A stretch of DNA of 60,571 nucleotides, counting the filler, from Nemertoderma westbladi (lineage: Eukaryota > Animalia > Xenacoelomorpha): the NCBI GenBank assembly GCA_032718475.1. It is 3 parts of 3 records of this genome, joined end to end, with 100 filler letters (N's around TTAATTAATTAA, not from the genome) between each part and the next. Parts side by side here need not be neighbours in the genome. Positions count along the whole stretch, not along the records: positions 31,714 to 48,510 come from JAUCBJ010001591.1; positions 48,611 to 60,571 come from JAUCBJ010000286.1; 1 more part is not named here. One strand, given 5' to 3'. Below are positions 37,668-49,328 of this stretch, one piece after another. The notes under the pieces are model-generated. The model saw only the letters and a program-made list of their open reading frames with translations. It made no database searches and was not told the DNA's origin. Position 1 is the first letter of the stretch. The number at the start of each line of letters is the position of its first letter. A program made the translations under genes and the position numbers.

Positions 37668-38870
37668 TAGAGTTGAAACAGAGACTTGTCACTGATCTCT
37701 GATCTCTGGATTCTCCGGGCAATTTTTTGGTCTCCGGATTGGTCTCTGGTTCCCGGGTATTGAAAACAGACATTTTACCCAGAGATCAGTGATTTTACAA
37801 ATTAGAAATAGTTATTTAAAAATAGATCCTGTACAACACAAAATGTGAAATGAAGATTATTTTTCAAAATTTTTTTACAATTAATAATATCTTTAATTTT
37901 TAACTATTTTTAATACTCTGCTTCAACAAAATTATATATTCACTTTTACAATACTTTTAATCGAACTCTAAATCTGACTCAAACTAAATGTACCGATAAT
38001 CTTCTATTTACAGTAATTAATTTAAGGTGCGTTTAATTTTAAGTTAAATTAGCACCTAAAGAGGGTTCTTATTTAAGGATAAAGGTACTTAATTTGAGCA
38101 CCCATAATATTTAAAAGTGAAAGAAAGGGCTGATCTCCATTCAACTTGTTGTAGGATAGATAATATGACGGATGGGGCGAGTAGAGTACCATACCTGTGC
38201 ACTGTATTCGTAATTTACTAAGTTTATTTTATAGTACATTGAATGAAATAATGTATATGATTTAAACAATTGTAAAATAAGTGCCTTTAATTAACAAAGT
38301 ACCGGTACCTATGGCGCAAAACAAAATTAGGTAACATATTATTAATTATAATAAGATCGAACAAATAAACAAATAACCAAATTAATATTAATTAAGTCCC
38401 CCAAACTGTACCTGTGCTTATTTTCTTCCAATGGGTAAGGCCGCGTTCACACTACCGAGTCAAAGTCAAAGTCAAAATAAATTAAATATAGCTAGTTAGC
38501 AATAATAAATAATAATACATTATATAGGCCTAATAGAATACATTTAAGGGGATTCTAGAAAAAAATAAATTTCATGTTTTGTGATTTACATTTTGTCTTT
38601 TTTGACTTTTACTTTGACTCGGTAGTGTGAACGCGGCCTAAGGGTTGACATGGGTTGGAGTTACGGTACTGTATGTAATTCAACCATATAAAAATAGTTA
38701 TCAGTCCATATGTACCTGTTTGTGCTTTATGGGACTAATCAAATTGTAAGTAGAAAAATAAGCAAAGTCTCTGATCTCTGGCTCTGGTCTCCGGTATTTT
38801 TCAAAATAATTCTCCGGGTAGGTCTCTGGTTTACCGGGATTAAGCAAAACAGGTCTCTGTTGCAACTCTA
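37668..38870 (-). mobile_element. hAT-like non-autonomous element, copy 2 (inverted relative to copy 1)
   Basis: TAGAGTTGAAACAGAGACTTG / CAGGTCTCTGTTGCAACTCTA; CTATGTAT on both sides. Confidence 0.85.
38439..38638. mobile_element. Harbinger/Tourist-like MITE, TAA TSD, nested in hAT copy 2
   Basis: GGCCGCGTTCACACTACCGAGTCAAAGT / ACTTTGACTCGGTAGTGTGAACGCGGCC. Single TAA at the empty site in copy 1 (~35709). Confidence 0.88.
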
Positions 38871-39083
38871 CTATGTATATATAATTTACTCGAATGAGGC
38901 CTTCGCGCAGCACAACTGCACCCATCTTAGCGAACAATTATAATTATAATATGGCTAGTTTAGTTATATATTCTGATATTGGCTTCCAACTTCCGACACA
39001 CACAGTCAAACACCGATAGTCGCCCCCCCCCCCCCCCCCTCCCCCAGTCTACGCCCACCCATACCGTGACGTCACGCACATAC

Positions 39084-39210
39084 CTATAAATGAAGGTTGC
39101 AGCAAAGCTTCCGGACTACGGAATCTCTCGTTACCAATGGTGATGACCTGTCCGTCTGGAAGTTCGTAACTTTTCTCCAACGTGGTGCTGCTAGCGGCGG
39201 TAGCCATCTC
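39084..39210 (-). CDS. ACT: Actin coding exon 5
   Basis: tttgtttag|GAG ATG GCT...ATA G|gtatgt; [42 protein letters not shown]. Not in the ORF track. Confidence 0.95.
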
Positions 39211-39309
39211 CTAAACAAATACGAAACATTGAGTGACGTCACGCACAGAATGTAAACAATAAGATCCTAATTACTGGGGGCTCCAATCGTGTAGTAACTA
39301 CTACTAATA

Positions 39310-39748
39310 ATTAGTGTAGTAGTAGTAGTACTTACACATATCTTAAGAATGATGTGCCGGCTTGTCGACAAAATTGCGCCGCCACAACTCCCTATCACCC
39401 ATGACATTTGCTAGATCATCCGCATCTTTAAGGCCAGTGTCCTTTAAGATGCGTCTCAAGAAAGTCATGGGCTGTCCATCATGCTTATTCACTCCATGAG
39501 GCTGCCAAAGTACAAGATTATGCACTGGCTGGTCCTCACGGCGAAAGCAATGTCCTGCAAAGCGGAGGCGATTTTGTTCTAGTGTCAAGCTTGGGGGAAC
39601 CAATGAGACACCTCCAATGTTATATAGTGTCTGGTTGGAGATGTGTGCATTGTACTTGACACAATGAACCCGGCGTAGCATTCTTGTGAATGTGCCATCC
39701 AGAGATTTGGTGTTCTCAGCAGTTAGAGCCCAACATTGAATCCCATAG
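39310..39748 (-). mobile_element. RTE-like LINE 3' end with (TAC)n tail; its 5' continuation resumes at ~43240-43290
   Basis: RLRFAGHC...DRELWR C-terminus. Homologous to 4060-4410; split by the 39749-43233 insertion. Confidence 0.8.
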
Positions 39749-42700
39749 CAAGGATGTTATTACGTTACGTTACGGTATCTTTTCGTGAATACCGTAGCTC
39801 AATATTTTTCCGTAACGTAAACCGTAACATAATAGCTTTTTCAATACCGTAACGTAATTTTAATATATTTTTACCGTAAACCGGAACGTAATAGCGTAAT
39901 ATTTGTTTTATCTACCAAGCAATCATTTTGGACAAAAAAGTAAATCTATCGACAAAAAACTTTCACTTTCACTTGTACGTTCTAGCTATGCAATATAAAG
40001 CTAAATGCTTTAATAGGTTTTGTTTGCCTGTTCACGGTCTTCTTATAGCCAGCTTCCTGGCTTCTCAGGTTATTTATGATGAAGTCCCCCTATCAATATT
40101 TCCAAAAGCTAATTCTACGCGCACTTCTTCACTATAGGCTACTTAACAAGTAGAACAACACAAAAACAACATAAACTAGATAATCTACATAATCTAAACT
40201 AAATGACCTAAATAATAGTTTGGGGACTCGACAAATTAATCTGTTTAGAGTTCCAGCGACACTATTAAAATTCGACCAATCTGAAGGTGACTAAATACAG
40301 AGTTCTAGAACACAATAAATCTCGTCCTGAGTTTCAACTCACAAAGTTTCGGAGTTAATTTCAAGATTAATAAATTATTAGTTTATTATAAGGAAAATAA
40401 TAATAACGTTTTTTACCGGAGTTAAGGGAGTAAAGTTTAGTTTCCTAGCGACTAGAAGCAGCATTAGCAGGACAGTAGCCCCCCGGACAGTAGCCCCCCG
40501 GACAATAGCCCCCCCGGACATTAGCCCCCCGGAATATCACAGAAATTCCAGAATATAATATTTTTTTAATGTTTTTTAGTATTGGGTGAATATTCTAGAA
40601 CAGTAAAGATTAAAGATATGTTTTTGTATGATAGCAACCCGTTCTACCAAAGCTGACTGGAATACCGTCAGTACCGGTACTGTGGGCCTTGGTTATAAAC
40701 AGGAATACAGAATAGTGATCAATAAAGCGGGGAATTTAAAGTTATTTTTATGTTAAGTTAATTTGCAATTTCAAAACATTGAAACTACTGTATAATTTTC
40801 CGATGTTTACAAAAATAGGATGAAACTTTAAATATCTCTTTGTGGTCCCCTGGCAATCTGAACCGGTTATTACGTTACGCTATTTTCGGTAATACGCAAT
40901 TATTTTTTCCGAATACAGTAGGTCCCGGCCACGAAAAGTGAAAAAAAAAAATTAAAAACTTTAGTGGACATAACTTTTGAACCAGTGGGCCAATTGTGAC
41001 CATCAATAGCTCATTCGAACAAGGTCGACAAACTCTACAACATATATAAAATTTAGATGCGTTTTCAATGGTCATATTTATACGTAAAATACCATGCTTA
41101 TGTATAGTATTTTGTATAGTTTGCCCGAAACAAGAAGTGTGTACAAACTGTGACTGAATGTGCAAGGTGATCTACACTTACAATACGGAGAAGCAGTTTG
41201 ATTTCTGCAAGAAGAAAGGTGGCCTGGTCCTTCAACTATATTAACGACATAAGTTAGGCCTCTGATGGATTTGGGTGCTCGTTTAAAACTGCATGTCGAA
41301 AAAATACAGTTGCTGTAATCTTCAAACTAGTTTATGCGGATCCATTTTACTCTTGAAGTAAAGCCTATCTATGTATTGTTCTTTCAGGTACATCACTGCT
41401 TATCTATATTACTTTTGTCTGGAAAATAATACAAGCCTCTAAATTGTTTATATAATTAATATATTAATGTAGAGTTTGGATTGTAACTTTCAAGTTCTGC
41501 CAAAAATTTGCCAATGCCGTCTTTATATCGAAATGAAGCAAATCACATAATCATTTACTTTGTCTTCCAGAAAAATAAGTCTTTACCTATTAGTGGTTAT
41601 TCAAATTAGTTCTATGAGATAAAATGTTCGAGTGTTTGACATTAGCAATGTAGAGTTTGGATTTGGTAGACTTTGGAAAATGCAAATTATATATCCAAAC
41701 TCGACCATATTCATGTCCAAACTCAACATTGTGCAGTTAAGCAGTTCGAAACTCTACCATCTTAATTGCCAAACTCCACAAATTATGACTGAAGTTGTAA
41801 GCAGCGTGATATCGAGAGAGAAGTTTAAATTTGAAACAGAATTCTAAAACTTTAAACATTATTTTTAATAATTGATGCCGACAGCTGAGACATTCTTAGT
41901 CTGTATGTAGCAGGGGTTAGTAATTTATAATCTACTTAAACAAAATTATAAATTAATAGATACTGTTGAATAGAGCCGGTTTGTCTATCGACCAGTTCAG
42001 ACTGAAGTAGTTTCTGTTTTAAAGAGTTTCAGTTTGGCTTACTGCCAGATATTTATATACCAGTAGATCACTGACAGGCTGATTGTGGTAGATGATATAC
42101 CTAGAAAAAGTAATGGAGGGCGCGCACATTGAGGAAAGAAAAAGACAAATTAGCGGCACGCAATAAAGATCTTAACATTATCAAGAAATCCGAAGCAAAA
42201 CGAAGTTTATCTACGAAGGAAAACAAAAATAAAACTTAACTTAACTCATCCGCCGAATTTCCCGACGCCGCCAGTCTGCGAAAATTAATTCAGGATTGAG
42301 AATCATGAGAAGGAAAGGTTTTGCCATAAGAGGCAAACCCGTGAAAAGCAGTTCAAATCCAAAACTGTGCGTGCAACTCTTACTATACCGAAAGAACCAA
42401 AAAAGTCGACAAACTTATAAACTACTTGGAACCCCGTCAGCGAAAACAATTTACAGAAGGAATAATCCTCGTGCTTCTAATCGTGAAAAGAAGGCTCAAC
42501 GCAGAAGGCAATACGAGATAAGCAGAAGATTACAGCTTGCGCGGATCCTAACTTCGCCCTTCAACACAGACAGAGTTTATTTTAATTAGGGGAAATACGC
42601 TGCGCAGGTTATAGCGGCGGTGTTTTCTAACCAAAACGTATTTTCACTTTCAGTTAATTTGCACTGGAGATCACCTTTTTCACTTGAGGTCAATTTGTAC

Positions 42701-43233
42701 CACTATCGGGGAAGATCGCCCATCCATGGTGGCATTCCCCGGCTTAATGAGTCTTGAGGATTCTCGGAATTTATTAACTTTGATGTGATTAATTAACAAT
42801 AATTGATGATATTATCCAATCAGAACACAGGGAATTGAAGAGTTTGGAATTATTTACTGGCTTCTCGACCGGATGAAAGTCCAAACTCGATACAAAACTG
42901 TAGAGTTTGGAAAAGGAATCCAAACACTACACCAGGAAAAGTCGAGTTTGACTGCAATTTTACGTTTTTTGCCCATAATTTCTTAGATTTTGAATATCTT
43001 TATGTTTTATTGTCAGATTTGCAATCAGTGGAAAAAATGCAATCGAATGATACTTTTACCACTTTTTAAAAAAAATGTATTTTGACTAATTTGACAGCTA
43101 CGTTTCGTTTTTTTTTTTCACTTTCTGTGGCCGAGACCAGTAACGTAACGCAATTTGGAAATTATTCCGTAATGTAATATCGTAAAAAATTCAGTTTTTT
43201 AAACGTAACGTAAAGTAACGTAAAACATCCTTG
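39749..43233. mobile_element. hAT-like non-autonomous element with a nested TIR element (~40920-43140)
   Basis: CAAGGATGTT...AACATCCTTG termini with CGTAAC subterminal repeats; TSD degenerate. Inner TIR GGTCCCGGCCACGAAAAGTGAAAA / TTTTCACTTTCTGTGGCCGAGACC. Confidence 0.7.
40469..40533. repeat. ~16-bp GGACA(G/A/T)TAGCCCCCC tandem repeat, 4 copies
   Basis: Directly visible; resembles subterminal repeats of DNA transposons. Confidence 0.8.
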
Positions 43234-43398
43234 AACAATAGTGTAGTGGCACTACTGCTGCTCTAAATAATCGAACCTTAAGGTTCCGTTCCCCTACAAT
43301 TATCTGTAAGGGAAGTAACAGACCACTCATACACCCAATGTTGAATACTCTATATCTTCCATAATATAATTATTTGATGTTGGTAAAATATTAAGTTA

Positions 43399-43686
<288 letters not shown>

Positions 43687-43861
43687 TCAAATTCAACCGC
43701 CTTTACGGGAAAATCGACGCAAATAAATCTGATTACAGGCAAAAAGGGATAATAATGTAACCTGTTGACTCGCGTTTATTGTTTTGGTTATACATTTTAT
43801 ACACAAAAAAACAATAAGACAGACAACCGACAACAGAACATACAAGACAACATGCTGTTTA

Positions 43862-44119
<258 letters not shown>

Positions 44120-44215
44120 TTAGAAAATCGAAACACTTAACATAAGATTACTATCCTATTAATATTTGTTTAGTAAATAGTAGAAACTGAAAGTGACATG
44201 TACCGGTACTGCTCA

Positions 44216-44524
<309 letters not shown>

Positions 44525-45064
44525 TCAAAATCAATAGGCCCTAAGTACTTTGTGGTTATTAGATCTTAAGCTTGGTATGGCTGGGATTAAGACAGACCAT
44601 TCACCTGATGTCTTAACCAGAGACGGCTTAGCTATACCCAGCCAGTGCTGTTCAACTACTGTAGTTGAAAGTTATACTACCGCAGTGCTTAATGCTGTTC
44701 ACGTTCAGTTGTCATTTCATGTTTTATATTTAAAGTGGTTTAATTTAACTTGTCACTGCGAATTTAGTTAGCTAACGTTTTTTTTAATACTTGTTATTTA
44801 GTTACGGTACTTTCAACTAAAATCTAACTACAGTAAATTTTATTTTTCTTTGTCCCCTTGTCCTTTGACTGCTCTGGTTCTGGACAATCTAGTCGAGAGT
44901 CTCGACTGAATGCTCTCAAAATAATAACAAGTAATAACACCCATTATTGTTAAATTAACATAGTGCTAATCATATGATGCCATTTACTTATGCTTAAGAG
45001 CCTTATACTCTGCTTGGGGTAGTATCACAATCACAGAGATTACTTACCTGATGCTGATATATTA

Positions 45065-45274
<210 letters not shown>

Positions 45275-45904
45275 TCAAAGAAAATATAACTAACGTAGGT
45301 AGTACAGTAGTATTATTAGGATGGCAATTCTGTTGAAGTAGGCTAAGCTGCTAGGAGGCTACTGCGTCGAAATTGTAGTACCGGTACCGGTAGGCCTACT
45401 CCCTACAGTACAAGAAGTACCGGCAGACCGCTCCACCGGTAATGTACCGCACTCTGGCAATCTGACACTGCTGCACTGCGCACTCTGATGTGACAGACTA
45501 AAGACAGAAATATATAGTTTCCTTCAAGGCAGTCAGGCACTCCCAGACTCCAGCATTCATACAGTGGTTGAGTAGTAGTGCTGTACTGTATGGCAGTATG
45601 AGGCCTGTACCACCATCGGTTGCAGTTCACGGTACCGGTACCGTAAACCTAGAAATCAGTACATTTTCTTTCAGTTTAATGTAGGCCTAGCAGCCTAGAG
45701 TATATTACGGTACATTACATATATCAGCATGTAGGCTACCTTTGTACTATCAACAGTTAGCAGTGTCAGTAATGCGCTGCTAGTGCTAGCTAGTTAGCTT
45801 GTGATTGTATTGTAATATTCCATTGTGGTACAGTACAATGTAGAAAACACTAACAGTAAAAGAAAACTTTGCACACGGAATGGTTGACAAACAATGCTGT
45901 CACA

Positions 45905-45976
45905 TAATTTAAGTAGCCTTTTCCGTACAGTTATCTGACCATATATGGTTGGGTTATAATCTGTAGTTTTGATTGG
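45905..45976 (-). promoter_or_regulatory. Actin proximal promoter: CCAAT, CArG box, TATA-like
   Basis: CCAAT (ATTGG on plus, 45972-45976), perfect CArG CCATATATGG at 45939-45948, TTAAAT at ~45907-45912. Candidate non-coding exon donor aaag|gtagcc at 45740. Confidence 0.65.
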
Positions 45977-46857
45977 CTTAAAATAACTACAGTCTCTTCC
46001 CTGATTCGCTTCTGGTTTAGAGCTAGCTGCCTTGCTGCATGAGTAAGGAATAGTATTGTTGGAATTAATGGGCTTACTGTATTGAATTTGCTAATGAACA
46101 GGGCAAAAGGCTTGAGTATCAAGATTCACTACAGGTTTAGGACAACAACGACTTTGACTGCAGGTAACAAGGAATTATTGTTACACAAGCGAGTACAGTA
46201 CTGATGTATGTTGATATTCAGTTCGGGATGTTTTATTGGACCGGTACTGTTAGACCAGACCTACACATATTTTAATCATTTGACTCCTTATACCACTGAC
46301 CGCCGCGCCACCACTAATGACTGACTGGCACAAGTCTCAGCCACAGTTAACTTCAATGGGAATGAGTGGGCGTAATATCTTATTCAAAGATATCACACTC
46401 AAACCACCAAACCCCACCTCCTAAGAAAAGGAACAACAGGTTCTTTGGCTTTTCAAACAAAAATTATTCGCCTAATTTATAATTATCTATAATCATTACT
46501 ATTTGCATGTAAAATAATAATAATTGACACTTAATTTTATAACCATTGACTTACCATTAGTATCGCGTAATGTTTACCTTGACACGCCATTTTTACTAAG
46601 AAAGAGTATTTTTTGTAACCTGTACCTTGTAACATTTGAGAGGAATTTATCGCCATATGAGCCGAAATACTGTTGGACACTTACAACATAATGTATTGTA
46701 TGCACGGCCGTAAACGGTCTTCTTGTTTATACAAGGCCGCGATTGTAGATCTACAGTTTTAGTTTGTGTAATTATGTAGTAGGCGGTCTTACTACCTTTA
46801 CATACACTGAACACGGTTTAAATATTACCAACCATCGTATATTCGCGATCCGTAAAC

Positions 46858-47820
46858 ATGGATTCCTTCAACGACGTATTTTCAAAAATTTATGACACTG
46901 AGTTAAAAGCTTTGGAAAGAAAAAAACAAATACAGCAGACCAAGGATGAAGCGAATAAATTCGAATGTCGCATAGCTAGTGAGACTGAGGCGATTGTGTC
47001 TGCTGAAAGTGATATTGTCGGGTATACACATCGTCTCACTGAGCAGTCGACAATATTAATGTGTTCGGAAATCCGCAGACGTGTCATAAAACACGAAAAT
47101 GATAAGTGCGATAAAGTTATTGCCGAGTTTAAGGAGAAGTCTGTAACTAATCGAATTAGGTTGGAACAATTGCAGACGGAATTCTTTAAAAGAGCGGAAA
47201 GATTTGGGAAAGAATACGATCTTCTAAGTAACGGTAAGTATGATAGACAATATAAACTGAAAGTAGATGTAAGCAAAGCGGTTGATGACTTAGAGAAAGT
47301 TAAGGAAACAATAGAGAAGTATAAAGCTCAGGATCAGAGTAGACATGTGATCGCTATGGAGGAACAAGAACTAATGAACGATATTAGAGGGCTAGAGGAT
47401 GAGTTGGAAAATGTACAGAAGCAAGTGGATAAAACTAAGAATAAGTTGAACCATCTGGACAAAGAGTTGTCGAGGGTATCCAGCCTACCGACCACGGCAA
47501 CAAGGTTCATTACGATAAAGAACAAGTTATCCAATCTCAAAGATCCAGTTTTGATGAATTATATTCTGGAATTAAAGGAGGAGTTGGATAAGTTACAGCA
47601 GGAGGAGTGGAGACGTTCACTAAAACCATTGAAGGCGCAGCCCTCAGCAACCCTCAAGGGTACTTCTTCAAGCACAGTGGCTCCAGTGGTCACCGACAAC
47701 GAATGGGACAATGATATTCTGTTTAGTTCCCAGTGGGACGAAGAAGGTGACGCACCGGAAGATAGCGACTATTGTGAACCGGGCAATTCGAGACCAAAGA
47801 AAAAAGTTCGATTTGAATAA
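46858..47820 (+). CDS. Coiled-coil protein, CCDC172-like, intronless
   Basis: 320-aa heptad-rich ORF with aaacATGG start. S.ND.F..I..TE..A.ER and F...Y.L motifs recall CCDC172. AATAAA overlaps the stop. Confidence 0.7.
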   Translation: MDSFNDVFSKIYDTELKALERKKQIQQTKDEANKFECRIASETEAIVSAESDIVGYTHRLTEQSTILMCSEIRRRVIKHENDKCDKVIAEFKEKSVTNRIRLEQLQTEFFKRAERFGKEYDLLSNGKYDRQYKLKVDVSKAVDDLEKVKETIEKYKAQDQSRHVIAMEEQELMNDIRGLEDELENVQKQVDKTKNKLNHLDKELSRVSSLPTTATRFITIKNKLSNLKDPVLMNYILELKEELDKLQQEEWRRSLKPLKAQPSATLKGTSSSTVAPVVTDNEWDNDILFSSQWDEEGDAPEDSDYCEPGNSRPKKKVRFE

Positions 47821-48510
47821 AACATTTGAATGTTACATTTATATGACTTTCTTAATTCGTTTATTTTAAAAGAGTAAAGGGATTATTTTCATTGCACTAA
47901 TTTGATTAAAATCTTATTAACAGTTACCATTATTAGAACTAACAGTGTAATGCTTATGTGTGATTTTCCAACATACCCTCGATTATTCTTGTTAAATGTG
48001 TCATAAAATATGTGCCTAATATTTGCCCATATTTTATGCCTATATAGACATAAAGTTATGTACACCGTTGCCAACCTGGGTATTGCACGGTCAATAAAGT
48101 ATCCCATAAGATTGGATTGATTCTACTTTTTTCCCGGCGAAAAAAGTATATTAAAATATTTTTATTCGTTTCTAGAATATTATATTAGCATTGGGCCTAT
48201 ATTCCCTATTTTGCTATTTCGCTTTTTATAACGGTATTTCACTATGGAAGAAGCTTTGATAGACGATATTTATGCTGAAATAGACCAAGATAAAAGTGAG
48301 AAGACTTACAATAAATAAAACTAAGTAAGTGGTGGCATAAAGTAACATTTTTTCTCTTGCATTTTCATTTGTCTCGATAAGCTCGCCAAATAATATAGTC
48401 TGTCTACAAACATATTTTGGATCCTTAATTATCCAAATACTAATTAGCCTCTCAAGGGACATGAAGAAAAAATCTCTATCATACGTGCGCCGTGTTACTG
48501 TACTATTGCG

Positions 48511-48610
48511 NNNNNNNNNNNNNNNNNNNNNNNNNNNNNNNNNNNNNNNNNNNNTTAATTAATTAANNNNNNNNNNNNNNNNNNNNNNNNNNNNNNNNNN
48601 NNNNNNNNNN
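48511..48610. other. Artificial assembly spacer (44 N + TTAATTAATTAA + 44 N)
   Basis: Same linker as at 31614-31713. Confidence 0.97.
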
Positions 48611-48611
48611 C

Positions 48612-49328
48612 GTTGTTACTTATGACAACGAAGGTAGCGTTCCGGTGGGAGAACTAGGAACTACGCGAATGATACATATACGAGGACTCGCTGGTTCTAC
48701 CCACGTATTCACTCGAGCGTGTTCCGACGTGATCGATTATTCTTTTGAAACCCTTACGGAGACACAAAAGAAACTTCGACATGGACAATTCGAGCTCGCG
48801 CAGCGTTACGTCACTGACACCGAGCGCAAACCGGCCATGGGTATCGACGGATCAATGTTACCCCAACCCGTGCTCGAAATGTTGTTTAACGAAAGAATCC
48901 TAAAAATCGGCTCAGCTGTTTATGGAGATCTCCAAAACGACTTCCGGAATATGGAAAACATTCCATACCCTTTCGTTGATACTCAGCTGATTGCTCCTTG
49001 GGCCGAAGGCCGAGGTTTCTTTCGCACTATGTATGCCAATACACCCAGCGACATTACTAAAGTACAACGGACATCCATCGGACATCTTGCCTTTCAAGAA
49101 TATGGATGGAACTTCAAAGTTGGAAATCCTATCAATTACCAGCAGGTATATGGAGATCATTACTCTCGTTTATATTTTGATGGACCATTAACTGCGCCTG
49201 GTGCCGTATATAGCTTTATGAGTGTTCCACTTCGCCCTTCCTTAGCTATATACACGATCTTTGAAAACGCAGCACTTGCCGGTTGGCTAGCCGATGTGTG
49301 CAGTCGTACCATACGCGCTCACCCTTAA
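48612..49328 (+). CDS. DEDDy (WRN/RNase D-like) 3'-5' exonuclease domain, 5'-truncated by the contig break
   Basis: Frame is open from the contig start: VVTYDNEG (ExoI DxE), LPQPVLEMLFNERILKIGSAVYGD (ExoII), FVDTQLIA, SIGHLA...GWNFK. ExoIII region atypical (YTIFE). Confidence 0.65.
   Translation, partial: VVTYDNEGSVPVGELGTTRMIHIRGLAGSTHVFTRACSDVIDYSFETLTETQKKLRHGQFELAQRYVTDTERKPAMGIDGSMLPQPVLEMLFNERILKIGSAVYGDLQNDFRNMENIPYPFVDTQLIAPWAEGRGFFRTMYANTPSDITKVQRTSIGHLAFQEYGWNFKVGNPINYQQVYGDHYSRLYFDGPLTAPGAVYSFMSVPLRPSLAIYTIFENAALAGWLADVCSRTIRAHP

Noticed and set aside
38885-38937. Possible exon MGAVVLREGLIR|gtaaat
   Set aside because: Too short; no partner exons or recognisable homology.
42296-42589. 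Basic 97-aa ORF as a transposase
   Set aside because: No DDE or HTH motif recognisable; non-ATG start.
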